A stretch of 64,000 nucleotides of DNA from Somniosus microcephalus (taxonomy: Eukaryota), in the NCBI GenBank assembly GCA_052327205.1, contig CM126223.1:68138001-68202000 (forward strand), given 5' to 3'. The notes under the pieces are model-generated. The model saw nothing but the letters and a program-made list of their open reading frames with translations. It made no database searches and was not told where the DNA came from. Shown here piece after piece: positions 24,534 through 37,495 of this stretch. The position numbers and the translations under genes are program-made. Each line of letters starts with the position of its first letter. Position 1 is the stretch's first letter.

Positions 24534-24589
24534 GAAGCCTATTCCTCAAAACAACTTTTCTGAAGCCTATTTCTCAAAACAACTTTTCT
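24534..24589. repeat. 28-bp tandem duplication
   Basis: gaagcctatt(c/t)ctcaaaacaacttttct x2. Confidence 0.85.
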
Positions 24590-25565
24590 CTCCAACAAAG
24601 AATAAGGACTAACCGCACTTACGTGTGTCAATGAAATGTCAAATCTGCTTGTCCAGTGAATTCAAGTTAAGTAAAAGTGTACCTGTACATTTCTGTGTGC
24701 ATTGTAGGCACAGCCACATAATAATTATTCTTCAATGTTAAAGAATGCAATCCTAGTAGATAAAAATAATCCAAATTATGAGCCTTTTACTATGTATTTA
24801 TTCACTTGTTTTAAAATGTAAAATGTTTTAAAATGTAGAATTGTGGTAATGATGCATTTTTATCTATCGCCCATGGTGCATTACACGAACCTTTCGGGAT
24901 CGGATCAATTGGCGTAGTTCAGACGGGGCCCTTTACATCTAAAGGGCTTGCTGAGTCACAAAACCTGAGCCTGGGGGTGCGAAGACAGGCATAGCATAAT
25001 TAATCAGGAAAATAAAATTATTTCTCCATTCTCAGTCGAAACTGTGTTGATGCAAAAATAAATTTTGTAATAAAAAGAGTCATTAAAAAAAAGTTAAGGT
25101 AAAACATATACGTTTACTTGGCTTCATCCGGTGGCCCATTATCGGTGTAATGCTCCATTTCCCACTATAGAGCTAAAGTATCCAGACATTATAACAGGTT
25201 ATACTGATTATTGAAATAATCTTACTATCTTCATACTGAGCCTGAATTAAGGACCATGATGATACTTTGTCTAGAAAAGGTTACGTATAATTATTTTGTA
25301 AATACTGTAATTTCACAACAAAGAACCTAACCCAATATAACTTGCACATACAACATATAATATACATCCATAATATATCCAATTGTCATTTACAGTTTAT
25401 GGCCTACATTTTATCCTAACAGTACATCCCATTCACATACACACGCACCGACATTCCTTTTGCTTACTGGTTTGCAAACAAAGTTAACTGTTTATTTCTG
25501 TTTGTATGGTTTTATAATTATTCTCCTAGTTTATTCATCTTCTCTCCCATTATTAATCCCCTGTA

Positions 25566-26021
25566 GAAGAAAGACTTACATTTATATAGCGCCTTTCACG
25601 ACCACCGGACGTCTCAAAGCACTTTACAGCCAATGAAGTACTTTTTTGAAGTGTAGTCACTGTTGTAATGTGGCAGCCAATTTGCGCACAGCAAGCCCCC
25701 ACAAACAGCAATGTGATAATGACCAGATAATCTGTTTTTGTTATGTTGATTTGAGGGATAAATATTGGCCACAGGACATAACTCCCCTGCTCTTCTTCAA
25801 AATAGTGCCATGGGATCTGTTACGTCCACCTGAGGGGGCAGATGGGGCCTCGGTTTAATGTCGCATCTGAAAGACAGCACCTCTGACAGTGCAGCACCCC
25901 CTCAGTACTGCAATGGAGTATCAGCCTAGCTTTATGTGCTCAAGTCCCTGGAGTGGGATTGGAACCCACAACCTTCTGACTCAGAGGCGAGTGTGCTACC
26001 CACTGAGCCACAACTGACACT
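25566..26021 (-). mobile_element. SacSINE1-like Deu SINE, full length
   Basis: Co-linear with 1265-1714. Confidence 0.85.
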
Positions 26022-27037
26022 GACATATACACACTACATCTCTTTGGGTTCTTGTAGGCATCTCCACAGGCACAAACAATGTGGCACCTTGGATGATATG
26101 CTTGTCCAGTGTGGGTTGGGGTCCCTCTCCCCAGCCACCTTTCCTTCTTCACCTTTATCGAGACGAGAACCGCCCACCCCAATGTGAGAAGTCCAGTTGA
26201 GAACCCATTGATCTGGGATTGAGATCTCCGTGCTGCCAACCATCTGTCCATTGTAACCCTTTCCCATGAAGAACAGTTTACAAAGTCGCCAGAACTTTGA
26301 AGGGTAACTTAATGAAAGGAAAAAGATCAATGATTGCAACCAGCCATTCCTACAGGTATAATGACATAAATATAGCAAAAGTGCAACTAGCCAGCTCTCT
26401 CTCATATAATTAATTGTATGTGTTAGGCCATCCCCCTCCCCACCCCTACAAAAAACACACAAACACTGCAAACATTTCTTCTTTTTATAAAAGAGTATCA
26501 CATCTGCAATAAACAATTTTTTCTGAAAATGTCACAAGTGCCTCTTGAAGAGCTGTGGTCGTGATTTGATGGACATTGTTGTACTTTTAGTAGGTGTTCA
26601 CTTATTTGCCAAACCAAATATGCTTCTTGTTTCCCAGGCCCTACTTGGCTATATGTCTAAAAAAAATGAATATAGTAGCTTATCAGCTTTAATGAGCTGC
26701 GCTTGGTGACCTTGTTGGGACAGGAAGATGTAAAATACAGCAACAGTTTACAAGCATGTCAGAAAAAGAGGACATACAGTAAGTGGTATAACCAAGCAAA
26801 ATGACATGCACATAAATGGCACTTGCTAAACTCTTCTTTATTAACAACAACTAATCATTCTGCCAAATTATAATTCTCATTGTTACTGAAAACTGCTGCT
26901 TAATATTGTTTTATGGTTCAGTTCTGAAAAATATTCCAAACTGGTGAATAATCAGTAGTTTCAATGAAAGTTGATGTTTAGGAAGTTTAATTTATTCATA
27001 GCCTTGGAAATTCTATTCAGGCAACAGAAGGTGTTAA

Positions 27038-27172
27038 CATAAGAACTAGGAGCAGGAATAGGCCATACGGCCCCTTCGAGCCTGCTCCGCCATTCAAGAT
27101 CACGGCTGATCTTCGACCTCAACTCCAGTTTCCCGCCCGATCCCCATATCCCTGGATTCCCCAGGAGTCCAC
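27038..27172 (-). mobile_element. CR1 3' UTR fragment
   Basis: acataagaactaggagcaggaataggccatacggcccc... Confidence 0.75.
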
Positions 27173-27271
27173 TGTTCCCTCAATGTTCAAAACAGCTAAC
27201 AGCGTTCAGCGGCGTCAAACAGCTGGAAAGTTATATGTTTGCGTGTCAAGGAAGCCATTACTAAATTCTGA

Positions 27272-27458
27272 AGTTAAAAACAAAACAGTTGGAAATGCAC
27301 AGCAGATTCGTCAACATCTAAGAAACAAAAAGATAGGTTAATGTTTTGGACGTAGGTTTGTTTGCCAGAACATTGCCAGTTCTGATGAAGACCCTGGGTT
27401 AACCTATCTTTTATGTTTTCAGATGCTGATGAATGTGCTATGTGTTTCCAGCATTTAG
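27272..27458. mobile_element. Older palindromic Penelope-derived insert
   Basis: Degenerate inverted arms (ttggaaatgcacagcag ... atgctgatgaatgtgctatgtgtttccagcattt) with cagttctgatgaag. Confidence 0.55.
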
Positions 27459-27674
27459 AGAAGGTTTTTTTATACAACTATTAAATCCTACCTGCCTTGA
27501 GGAATGATTTTTTTTTAATCAGTTTTCTACTGGGCAGCTAGACAGAATATGGTCTTGAAATTGTTCAATCCCATTAGAAAGGGGCTTATTGAACTATGCC
27601 TTCTACCAGCTAATTTAGGAGCACTATTGTCCACAGTCAGAGGACTTTGCTTGGATTTTCTCCCCCTCTTGCTA

Positions 27675-27760
27675 TAGACTCATAGAATAGTACAGCACTG
27701 AAGGAGGCCATTCGGCCCATTGAGTCTGCGCTGGCTCTTTCGAAGAGCAATCCAGTTAGG
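27675..27760 (-). mobile_element. CR1 3' tail fragment
   Basis: atagactcatagaatagtacagcactgaaggaggccattcggcccattgagtc, the same tail as at 47135. Confidence 0.75.
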
Positions 27761-27819
27761 CCCTAATTGTTATTGAAGGCAGCCTTAAGGTGCTGTGAGA
27801 CAAACAAAGGGACAGAAGT

Positions 27820-28230
27820 GCTTTCGATGGGGCTGCTCCTCAATTTTTGGCTGCACTTCAGTCTCACGCTCCTGATCTTCAGCTACGCGGTGCGGAGGGC
27901 AGCGGGTAAGTCGGAGGACCTCCTCGTAGGATTGCTCCTGGGCCTGGCCAAGGTGGTCATCTACAGGTCATGGCAGTGCGCAGTCGAGGGGGGTCGTTTG
28001 GCCTGACTGCCTGTCTCTCTTGCGCGGCTATGTTTGCACCCGGGTGTCCCTGGAGAGGGAGCGCATGGTTTACGCCGGTATGTTTGAGGCCTTCCGCGAA
28101 TGGTGGGCACTGGTGGGACTGGAGTACATCATCAACACCAGGGACCAAATTTGAATCTGATTTATTAAGGTCATCTAAATTGATTTAATTTACGGTTAAA
28201 TGTTGGTGCCCCTTTAAGAGGGGGCGCCTG
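27820..28230 (+). mobile_element. Tx1/L1-clade LINE ORF2 C-terminal fragment and 3' UTR
   Basis: LLLNFWLHFSLTLLIF...KSEDLLVGLLLGLAKVVIYRS resembles the Tx1 ORF2 C-terminus. Confidence 0.65.
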
Positions 28231-28354
28231 CAAACTCTTAAAGTCGATGACACAGTTCTCCTCACTGAATTAGCATAAAAGAGAAGTACTTTCGGAACAT
28301 TCAGGCATCTTTCAGAACTAAACCTACAGGAATAAATTTATGGCCAGGCCCTTC

Positions 28355-28782
28355 AAGACTTGCATTCATAAAGTATCTCATCTTTCAGAAACATCCTAAA
28401 GCACTTCACATGAATTACTTTGAAGTGCAGATTTTGTCGAAGCCATTTTGCACACAGCAAGCTCCGACAGACAACAATGTGATGAATGATCAGTTCTGTT
28501 TTTTGATGGTGTTCATTTTGGCCAGGACACTGGAAGAACTCCTTGGTGCTCTTTGAATGAGCAATCGTCTTTGAAATAGTGCCATGAGATCTTTAATGTC
28601 CGTATGAAATGGCAGATGGGACCCTGGTTTAACATCTCATTCAAAAGACAGCAGCTCCAATATCACAGCATTCCCTAAATACTGGAGAGCCAGCATAGAT
28701 TATATGATTAAATCCTGAGGTGAGGCTTGAGCCCACAGCTTTCTAACTCAGGTGCAAGTGCTACCAGCTAAGCCAGGCTGCC
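28355..28782 (-). mobile_element. Diverged SacSINE1-like SINE
   Basis: Degenerate but co-linear (agacttgcatt...gccattttgcacacagcaagctcc...gtgctaccagctaagcca). Confidence 0.75.
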
Positions 28783-28962
28783 AAATGTTCTATATAGGAC
28801 TAACCCACTAGGTTAAAAAAAAATGAACATTTTGTCTGATAGCTGCTGTACTTGCATGTACGACATTGAATCGAATGCGTTCATTGCTTGAACATTATAA
28901 ATATGTATCAATGATATGGCTATTTGTGCATATTTGGTAACTAAAAATACAAATCTATGTGG

Positions 28963-29159
28963 AATAAAAACAGAAAATGCTGGAAATACTCAGCAGGTCA
29001 GGCAGCATCTGTGGAGAGAGAAACAGAGTTAACGTTTCAGGTCGATGACCCAGGGTCATCTCTGTTTCTCTCTCCACAGATGCTGCCTGACCTGCTGAGT
29101 ATTTCCAGCATTTTCTGTTCTTATTTCAGATTTTCAGCATCCGCAGCATTTTGCTTTTG
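28963..29159. mobile_element. Palindromic Penelope-derived mini-insert
   Basis: 15-bp TSD TACAAATCTATGTGG (28948-28962, 29160-29174) and near-perfect ~65-bp inverted arms. Confidence 0.85.
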
Positions 29160-30070
29160 TACAAATCTATGTGGGTCTGGGTATCACAGTCAGTTAGAAC
29201 ACCGTTATCTCATGATAGGATCTGAATACAGACAGGCAGGCTGAACGTTTCTTCCTTCTGACGGCTGTTGGGCTCTGCCAATGAAATAATTCTGCACCAT
29301 CTCAACACAGCGCATAGTCAATTTAAATCCACTTTTTGGCACTAATTAGGCAGTTGGCTACTGTGGGAAGTGGAAATGTCCTGTCGAGCCAGTACGGGAT
29401 GCTCGTCTGAGAATAGCGTTGAGCACATTGTTGGGGCAATGTGGAGGACAATTTAAAGCTGCTTCTGACCTGAAAATGATGCTGCACAATGAATGCAGAC
29501 AGGAAAACTGTTCCATTCCCCAGTGGAGATTCTTCAGCTTAATCAGCAAAAATAAGATGAAGCACCAGAAAAGAGAACATGCGCACATCACTGCATGGTG
29601 TAATGGTTGTTACAAGATAGTGTTTGCTGATAATTCTATATTTATACTGTGGCGAAGCAGTGTTAGTGTGAAAAGGAAACAAGGCATTGTTCTGTAACAA
29701 ATGCTATGTTTACATGAACAGCACGTTTCACAGTGGACCCAAAATTGGCTTCAATGGAAGTAAAAAACAAAGAGAGATGTAAAATGGGCTGCCGACTCGC
29801 TATCACCCGTTTTACACTATCGCACAGAGTCAGGATCTATCTCGTTGAATTTATGTTGCACCGTTGATATTTAAACTCCAGTAAACATTGCCCTTGAAAA
29901 GACTGCTTTCCTGCAGCTTTGACTGCGGTCTTAGCTTACCAGCTGAGCCATAATATCAATGTAAAACCGGGGAGTAAATGTGCAGCACTCCAACCCAGTG
30001 GGATTCAGTCTGGTCTCAGCTTCAAGCTAGTTGTCCAATTAATGTGAAATGTTAAGATTCAAGTTACGAT

Positions 30071-30814
30071 GGGCCAGAATTTGCGCTCTCCGTGGCAGAG
30101 TATGCTGTCGTAATCCATTTGAAAAATCCCGCAACTTCCGGGTTTCCGCGTGTTTTTGCGTATGTGTGAAATCCAGAACTTGCGATCTTGTTACGCCTTG
30201 ACTGATCAACCAAACCGCAAGGAAACACGGTATTGCTGGCGCAGAGTGGGGCTATTTGCCCAACAACTGCCCAGCAATTGCCCACGCAACTCTTACGGCT
30301 GGTAAAATCAGGCGTAAGGCCTGCTTTCATCAGCTTAAGGGTACATACAAACCTTACATGAAACATTTAAAAATAAAAGATTCTGCACATACACTTTAAA
30401 TGAGTTTATGCAAATATTGGCCCGGATTAAGATATTTAAAATTATTTTTATAAAAAAATTTAATTTTATTGAAGTTGGTGCAATGAAGGGACTTATGAAT
30501 AAAATTAAAATTCAGTGCATTTATATTTATTAGAATTGTGTAAATTGTTTTATTATTTGGGGATTCCATTGCATCTCATTAGGGGATTCCCTTCGTAAAT
30601 GACTGCAATGGAATCCTCCTTTGTGATTGGAGGACCGGGCCCATGTGATCCCAGGGACGCATCCGAACTGCCTGAATCGCTGGGATCCCTGGACCTTCAC
30701 GCTGCCGTCCGCCTGGAGGCCCGAGATCAGAACTCTCCGCAGCCTGGACGACTGGAGGTAGGTTCAGACTTGTTTTGTGGGTCGGAGGCGTACTCCAACC
30801 GCAAATTCTACCCC
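30071..30814. mobile_element. Harbinger-type MITE (AT-rich core)
   Basis: TIRs GGGCCAGAATTTGCG / GGGGTAGAATTTGCG, flanks GAT/AAT. A second copy lies inverted at 38168-40826. Confidence 0.8.
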
Positions 30815-31429
30815 AATAATTTGTGTGGGGAGAAGGGGAAGGAAAAACATTTGTCGTTTGACGTAAGAAAACTACTAGGCACTTGGTCTAAGCGTTAAAC
30901 AAAGCTTTAATCAACTGTTTTACAACATGGAGATCTAGTTGTGTCCTTCACTAGTTCCTGTTAAAGAATGTCCTGTGCAAGCTGGGCCCGTGCCCGAGTA
31001 TTTATACTCTCCCTGGACAGCACCACCCACAGGCTGCTCAGTTGATTCATGTCATCGTTAATTAAGGGTTGTGTAGGCAATGAAATGTACTCTCCCTGTA
31101 CCAGCATAAACATGACTTGAGTAGTTTTGCCAAACCATTGACATCTCCATTAAAACCATCATAAGTCAGTGAAAAATCCAGTTGTGGCTACATAACACAT
31201 ATGAGTTTATTACATTGTTCTAAAGAATCATAGCTGCAGAAGTCATCCATAATTGTTTAACCAGTTTCAGTGCTAATAAATACATTAAAGCGCCCCAATT
31301 TAGTCCTATGTAGAAAGGATTATTTTTGCTAGCAGATATGATATGCGAAAAAACTGCATATCCTGATATCCTGTTCCTATCCCCATCCCAGACATAAGAT
31401 TGGTTGCAGTCAGCGCTTAGCACCACCGT

Positions 31430-31846
31430 TGTTTTTTTTATTCGCTCTGGGATCTGGGCGTCACTGGCAAGGCCAGCATTTATTGCCCATCCCCAATTGC
31501 CCTTGAGAAGGTGGTGGTGAGCCGCTGCCTTGAACCACTGCAGTCCATGTGGTAAAAGTACTCCCACAGTGCTGTTAGGGAGGGAGTTCCAGGATTTTGA
31601 CCCAGCAACGATGAAGGTACAGCGATATACTTCCAAGTCACGATCATGTGTGACTTAGAGGGGAACTTGCAGGTTCCCATGCGCCTGCTGCCCTTGTCCT
31701 TCTAGGTGGAAGAGGTCACGGGTTTGGGAGGTGCTGCCAAAGAAACCTTGGCGAGTTGCTGCAGTGCATCTTGTAGATGGTACACACTGCAGCCACGGTG
31801 CGCCGGTGGTGGAGGGAGTGAATGTTTAAGGTGGTGGATGGGGTTG
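31430..31846 (-). mobile_element. Crack/Daphne-like LINE 3' fragment
   Basis: Reverse complement of ~2605-3020. Confidence 0.85.
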
Positions 31847-32895
31847 TATTGTGTGCAGATGTCTCTGCAAATGTAAACTCATCCGTAACTGACAAACTCT
31901 ATTTTCAGCATAAGTATCAGATCTCAGCTGTTGAAATGTACCATTAGAGTAGGTGCAGTGAGCCTGGTTTTATAAGATGACTTAATGTCCATGTGTTTGG
32001 ACATGTGGAGTCCCTTTGCTGCTTAATTTTAGTATTCTTAGTCCATCTGCACGGGCCTCTGAAATATACAAGTTACCGTTTGATTTCAAGACAGATGAGG
32101 CACTGGGAAAATGAATGACACTTTTGAATTGTTTTATTAATAATATTGATTGTCAACTTGTCCCAAATACTCTGCTGGGTAGAGATCCCTCTGTGTGTTA
32201 GATTTATCCAACCAACAACATCGTGTGCCTCCCCACTGTGACTTTACCCATGGGATCAATGTAACAGAGAGAGAAAATTCGAGCCATGTATCTTGGTGAG
32301 TTGGAGAGGGAATCTTTGTAACTTGTGTCCTGCCATTGATCCATTTTGGAGATGGCAGAGCGTTTTATATCTTTTCTCTTTTTCATTAAAAAAAGAAATG
32401 GCACGCGTGCTTTTCCCCATGGTGCATTCACAATGGCATGAAGAAAAAGGCAAGCAGGAATGGATTGTGGATCTGCTGCATCCATATCAAAGGATTGAGC
32501 AATCTGAATTGATGTGAATCTGGTACATCGTCAAGACCCTTAACAATCGAATACAATTTGGGAGAAGGGAAGTCTACAAAAGAATGGTGCACCCCTAGTT
32601 CATTTATAAAAATCACACTCCTCCTAAATTAGTGCATAGTCCACATCACCAGCAGGAAGCACACACAGGAATATTAGAGCATGCACTGCCAACAGCCAAC
32701 CATGTAGCTTAATGGTTGGAAATTGCACTCAAATGTCTGATATACGCTACCAGGGGGGTGAGGCTTCCCACCGGAAATGCGGACTCATAAATTTTTAATC
32801 CCTATTTTCTTTCCTTAAAGCTTTAAGGGGGAAAAATTCAGTTGTTTGTGCCTCCCGTTAGCACCTTAAGAGGGCGCTAATGGGGCGCAAAGCAA

Positions 32896-34806
32896 CTAGC
32901 GCCCGGGCATCAGGTCCTCGATTTGCTGATCGATCCCCGGCCACCACACATAAGTCCTAGCAAGGCTTTTCATTTTTACCCACCCCAGATGGCCTTCGTG
33001 AAGCTCATTGAGCACTCTCTCCCTTAACTTGGGTGGAATTACCACTCGGGATCCACACATCAAGGTCCCCTGGCATACTGACAGCTGTTCTCTTCTGGAT
33101 GAGAATGCTGGCAACAGTGAGTCGCCATGTGTTGGCCATCCCCTCACCGTCAAGTCATATACCCGAGACAGTGTCGGGTCATTTCGGGTCTCCTTCTCTA
33201 TATCAGCGTTAGTTACTGGCAAGCGTTCAATTATAGTCGAATAAAATATTTCGACAGGGTCCACTGCTGGTGCTTCCTCCGCAGTAGGCAGTGGCAGGCG
33301 TGATAGCCCATCAGCGTTTCCATGCTGTTTCGTGCCCTTATACTCGATTTCATATTGGTTCGCCCCTAGAAAAAGGGACCATCTTTGTAGCCGTTGCGCA
33401 GTCATCACCGGAACGCCCTTCTTTGGATTAAAGATGGAGACAAGTGGTTGGTGGTCAGTCAGCAAGGTGAACTTCTGCCCATGCAGATAGTGGTTGAACT
33501 TTTTCACTCCCCACACTAGGCTGAGGGCCTCCCTGTCAATCTGGGCGTAGGTACGCTCAGCTGAGGTTAGTGACCGAGACGCAAAGGCTACTGGCCTCTC
33601 TGAGCCATCCAGGAATTTGTGCGACAGCACCGCTCCAATGCCATAGGGTGATGCATCACGCGCCAACCGAATTGGTAGTGCTGGGTTGAAATGAGCCAAC
33701 ACCTCTTTTGATGTGATCAATTCTTTGCACTTCTGGAAAGCTCGTTTACATTCATCATTCCACTTCCATGGTACCCCCGTTTGCAGTAGGGTGTTCAGTG
33801 GGTGTAGTACTGTAGACAAATTCGGCAAGAACTTATGGTAGTAGTTCACCAACCCGAGGAACGACCTCAGTTGTGACACATTTTCCGGTGCTGGAGCCTT
33901 GTCTACTGCCTCAATCTTTTCAGGGGACTTATGTAACCCCTCTTCATCAATAACGTGGCCACAATACGAGATCTGCTTCTGGAAAAACTCGCATTTGTGG
34001 CGATTAGCTCGGAGCCCATATTCCTTCAATCTAGTGAGCACCTGCTCCAGGTTGGCGAGGTGATCACTGTCATTTTCACCCGTGACCAGGATGTCGTCCA
34101 AATAACACTGGGTCCCTGGAATCCCTTGCAGGACTTGAGCCATTGCCCTTTGCCAAATAGCCGGAGCTGATGCTACCCCGAACACCAGCCGGTTGTATTG
34201 GTAGAGACCTTTATGAGTGTTGATCGTGAGGTACTGTTTCGAGGCTTCTTCTACCTCCATTTGCAGGTACGCCTGGGCCAGATCAATCTTCGTGAAGCGT
34301 TTCCCTCCAGATAGCGAGGCGAAAATATCTTCAATCCGCGGAAGCGGATATTGTACAGTGTGAAGGACTGGGTTCACTGTCACCTTGAAGTCCCCACAGA
34401 TGCGAACCTTCTTTGGTTCCCCAGGCGTATTACTCAACGACCTCTTCATTACAGGAACGATGGGTGTAGCCCACTCGCTCCAGTCCACTTTGGACAGTAC
34501 TCCTGAACATTCCAAACCTTCCAGCTCTGCTTCGACGGCTGGGCGGATCGCATAAGGTACCGGTCTGGCCTTAAAAAACTTTGGGCTTGCATTTTCCTCT
34601 ATTTTGATCGTCGCTGTTATGACTTTTAGTGTTCCGAGTCCCTGCTGGAACACTTCTTGTGCGTCAGTTAGCATTTTTGACAGTCGTCCAGGTGTGACGT
34701 TGTCATCCTTTTTGGCATCTACAGTCAGTGCTTGTATGGAATGCCAATCTAGCTGTATCTTCCGGATCCATTCCCATCCTAGTAGTGGTGGTCCTCCATC
34801 TGGCAA
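32896..34806 (-). pseudogene. Pol: RT, RNase H and truncated integrase
   Basis: RICGDFK, YLDDILVTG, DASPYGIGAVL, TDHQPL, HGNADGLSRLP, LHEGHLG. Confidence 0.92.
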
Positions 34807-35884
34807 TACATATTAGGCCCATTTTTGGTGTTTCCTTGCCGTTATATATAACGTTCACCCTTATTTTTCCTTTGGGGTAGACTTTTTGCCCCGTGTACGT
34901 CTTCAAGACAATCTCTGTATCTCTCAAGGGTATATGTGAGAATAGCCACTTGTAGTCCCCTCGGTTTATGACTGTTAGGGCTGATCCTGTGTCCAATTCC
35001 ATTTTCACTTGGACTCCGGCTATCTTGAGCGTGACCCAGATAGTTTGGTGATGCTCCGTTTTGATCACATTATGTAGTTTCAGACAACCCAGCTCCTTGC
35101 TTCCAGAGTCTGTATCACTTTTCTGTTCGTCTGCACTACTCTCCGTCACCTTATGTACCTTCTTATACTTCTCCTGTGGGGATTTCTTGCTGCTGGTTTT
35201 CTTTTCCGACGTGCAGACTCTTGCTACGTGTTCTACTTTTCCACACTGTCTGCACACTTGGTTCTTGAACCAGCAATCCTTATGGTCGTGTGTTGTTCTG
35301 CCGCAGCGATAGCACTTCACTGTTCCGTATGACATTTCATTTGTGCCATATTCTTGCGGTCTCCGTTGTATCTCTGCCGCGCCCCGTGCTGCTGCTTCGT
35401 GTGATACTGCCATGCTGAAAGCCTTGTCCAGCGTGAGATCCTTTTCTGATAGAAGCCGTTTCTGGGTTCCTTCACTTTGAAGCCCACACACAAACTTGTC
35501 CCTTAAAGTATCTGCTAGTCCCGTTCCAAACTGGCAGTGTTTCGATAGCTTGCGCAGTTCCGTTAAAAACTCAGCATTACTTTCATCTTTATGCTGGTTC
35601 CTTTTGTGAAACTTAAATCTTTCCGCTATCAGCAGCGGTGTGGGGTCTAAGTGGTCCTGTAGGATTGACACTATGTTTTCAAAATCCTTTTCCACTTGCT
35701 TCTCTGGGGTTACTAGGTTTCGCAGTAAGCCATACGTTTTTGCACCCATTGAATTCAACAATACCAGCGCTTTCCTGTCATCTGGCACTTCATTCGCCTT
35801 GCAGTACACTTCTATGCGTTCGACATATGTCGTCCAATCTTCAACTTCATTGTCGAACGCTGTGACACTGCCACTCTTCGGCAT
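34703..35884 (-). pseudogene. Gag (two CCHC-type knuckles) and aspartic protease
   Basis: EDWTTYVERIE, ERFKFHKRNQ, LRDKFVCGL, CYRCGRTTHDHKDC and MELDTGSA. Frameshifted relative to pol. Confidence 0.9.
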
Positions 35885-35903
35885 CCCTGGGTGTGGTTAG
35901 ACT

Positions 35904-36240
35904 GGCTCAAAATGGCGTCTCCCGCACTCTCCCTTCTTCTCCGCTGCGGCTCAAAATGGCGTCTCCCGCGCTCTCCCTTCTTCTCCGCTGCGGCTCAAAA
36001 TGGCGTCTCCCGCGCTTTCCTTTCTTCCCCGCTGACGCTGCTTGCCCCCTGAATACCGGCTGCGCTCTGCGCATTTTCCTGCGCGCCTCTCTCTCTCGTT
36101 GACGCCGCTTGGTCCTGAACAGCGGCTGCGCCCTGTGCTCTCTACCCTCTCTCTCTTCCCGTCGACGCCGCTCGGTCCTGAACACCGGCTGCGCCCTGTG
36201 CGCTCTACCCTCTCTCTTCTCAGCGTCGACGCTGCTCGGC
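35904..36240. repeat. Two tandem arrays in the retrotransposon leader (3x44 bp, 3x63-66 bp)
   Basis: ggctcaaaatggcgtctcccgc... at 35904, 35948 and 35992; ctgaa(t/c)a(c/g)cggctgcgc... at 36049, 36115 and 36178. Confidence 0.9.
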
Positions 36241-37246
36241 CTTTTTCTGTGCCGTCGGTCGGCTCTAGCCGCCACTGTGCGGGAAGGGTCTGCGCCGTAC
36301 CTTTTGCCAGCCCGTTTCGCTGGAGTCTCCGTTGGATGGTCGACGCCCGTGCTTCTGGACTCTCTGAAGAAGTAGCAGTATTTTCTTCACTATCTCCTTT
36401 TCAAAGCCGTTTACAACAGGATTCACAGCAATGATGGAATTTCCTTCTGCAGAGTTGCAGGTAGGTTTGAATTTTCTCGTCACCAATGTTAAATCCGTGT
36501 ATCTTGATGTTGTGTGTCCTTCAATAACTAGACAAGAGACTGCAGAGAACAATCAACAGGTGTTTACTGGATGAAGGTTACTCTAAAACTAACTGTACAG
36601 ATCCCTACTCAGGGTTATATACAGGTGTGGTCACTGCCGGTACTACAGTATACAGGAGCTGTAAAAAGTAGTTCTTCCCTTAAAAAGGTACATACACTAC
36701 AGCGCCCCCTGCCTTACTGCCTGCCGCTAGCAACGACAGGTTGAGGGGAGCGTTTTGCAGTCAGAAAGGGACTGGGGGAACGCTATTTAAAGGTGACCAC
36801 TTCCTGCCATTTTTTGTTGGTGACATTTTTGCACCACGCATTCTGAGAGAGAGAGAGAGAGACTTCTGGACAGATTCAACACTGTGTGAAGGGGTTTTGG
36901 GTACTGAGCAGAACTTTGCAGGTTCATTTTGATTTGTCCTTCCTTGCTTCGCCTGCGTTCTGAGGTAGCGCCTCGCTGCTCGGCCTTTGCGCCTTAAGAC
37001 AGGTGTGAAGCGCCTGATTTGGTGCTCTAATCGCCTCCAGGGGCGATAAAAGCCAAGTTCGTCGTCAGAGGCGATAATTAGCGGCAGGCGCTAAACTTTG
37101 CGCAAGGCCGATAATGGCGCCCCAAATGGGGCGATACTGAATTTTTCCCCCTAAATCTCAAAGCAGAAATACCTTTTTGAGCCACGTGTGTCATATACAA
37201 GCAATATTTTTTCACGTTAGGAATGTGCAAGACCGAACGAGACCGC

Positions 37247-37495
37247 GGGGTAGATTTTTTACCCGAACCACCTGTGCGTAAAGCGTTGCTTGGTCGGAGC
37301 GCAGCGAGGAAAATCAGGCAAGGAGGATCACACGTCTATAACGGGGCTGCAAGAGTTTCCTTCTATTTACATTAATGAAATAAAAATTGGGCAGCCTCTG
37401 CTTGAGACCTAGGACCCACCCCACCCAATTTTCCTTTCTGTGTACTTACCAGGTAATACTTTATGCCCAGGTGATAGAAATGAAAATCCATCCCC
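37247..37495. mobile_element. Short degenerate Harbinger-type MITE
   Basis: Ends GGGGTAGATTTT... and ...AAAATCCATCCCC. Confidence 0.45.

Larger units (their letters stand above)
32910..36701 (-). mobile_element. 3'-truncated Gypsy (Mag-like) LTR retrotransposon
   Basis: Single 5' LTR 36487-36701 (TGT..ACA), PBS TGGTGACGAG, then gag-PR-RT-RH. Breaks off in the integrase zinc finger. Confidence 0.9.
32827..37151. mobile_element. Harbinger-type MITE interrupted by a Gypsy element
   Basis: Perfect TIRs GGGGGAAAAATTCAG, TSD TAA. 32827-32909 matches the start of the intact copy at 45554, and the MITE resumes at 36702. Confidence 0.85.

Noticed and set aside
26034-26516. 160-aa minus-strand ORF in unique DNA
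   Set aside because: Low-complexity N-terminal half, no recognisable family and no convincing splice sites.
32896-35884. Domesticated gag/pol host gene
   Set aside because: It keeps an LTR and PBS, has a frameshift and a truncated integrase, and sits inside a MITE.
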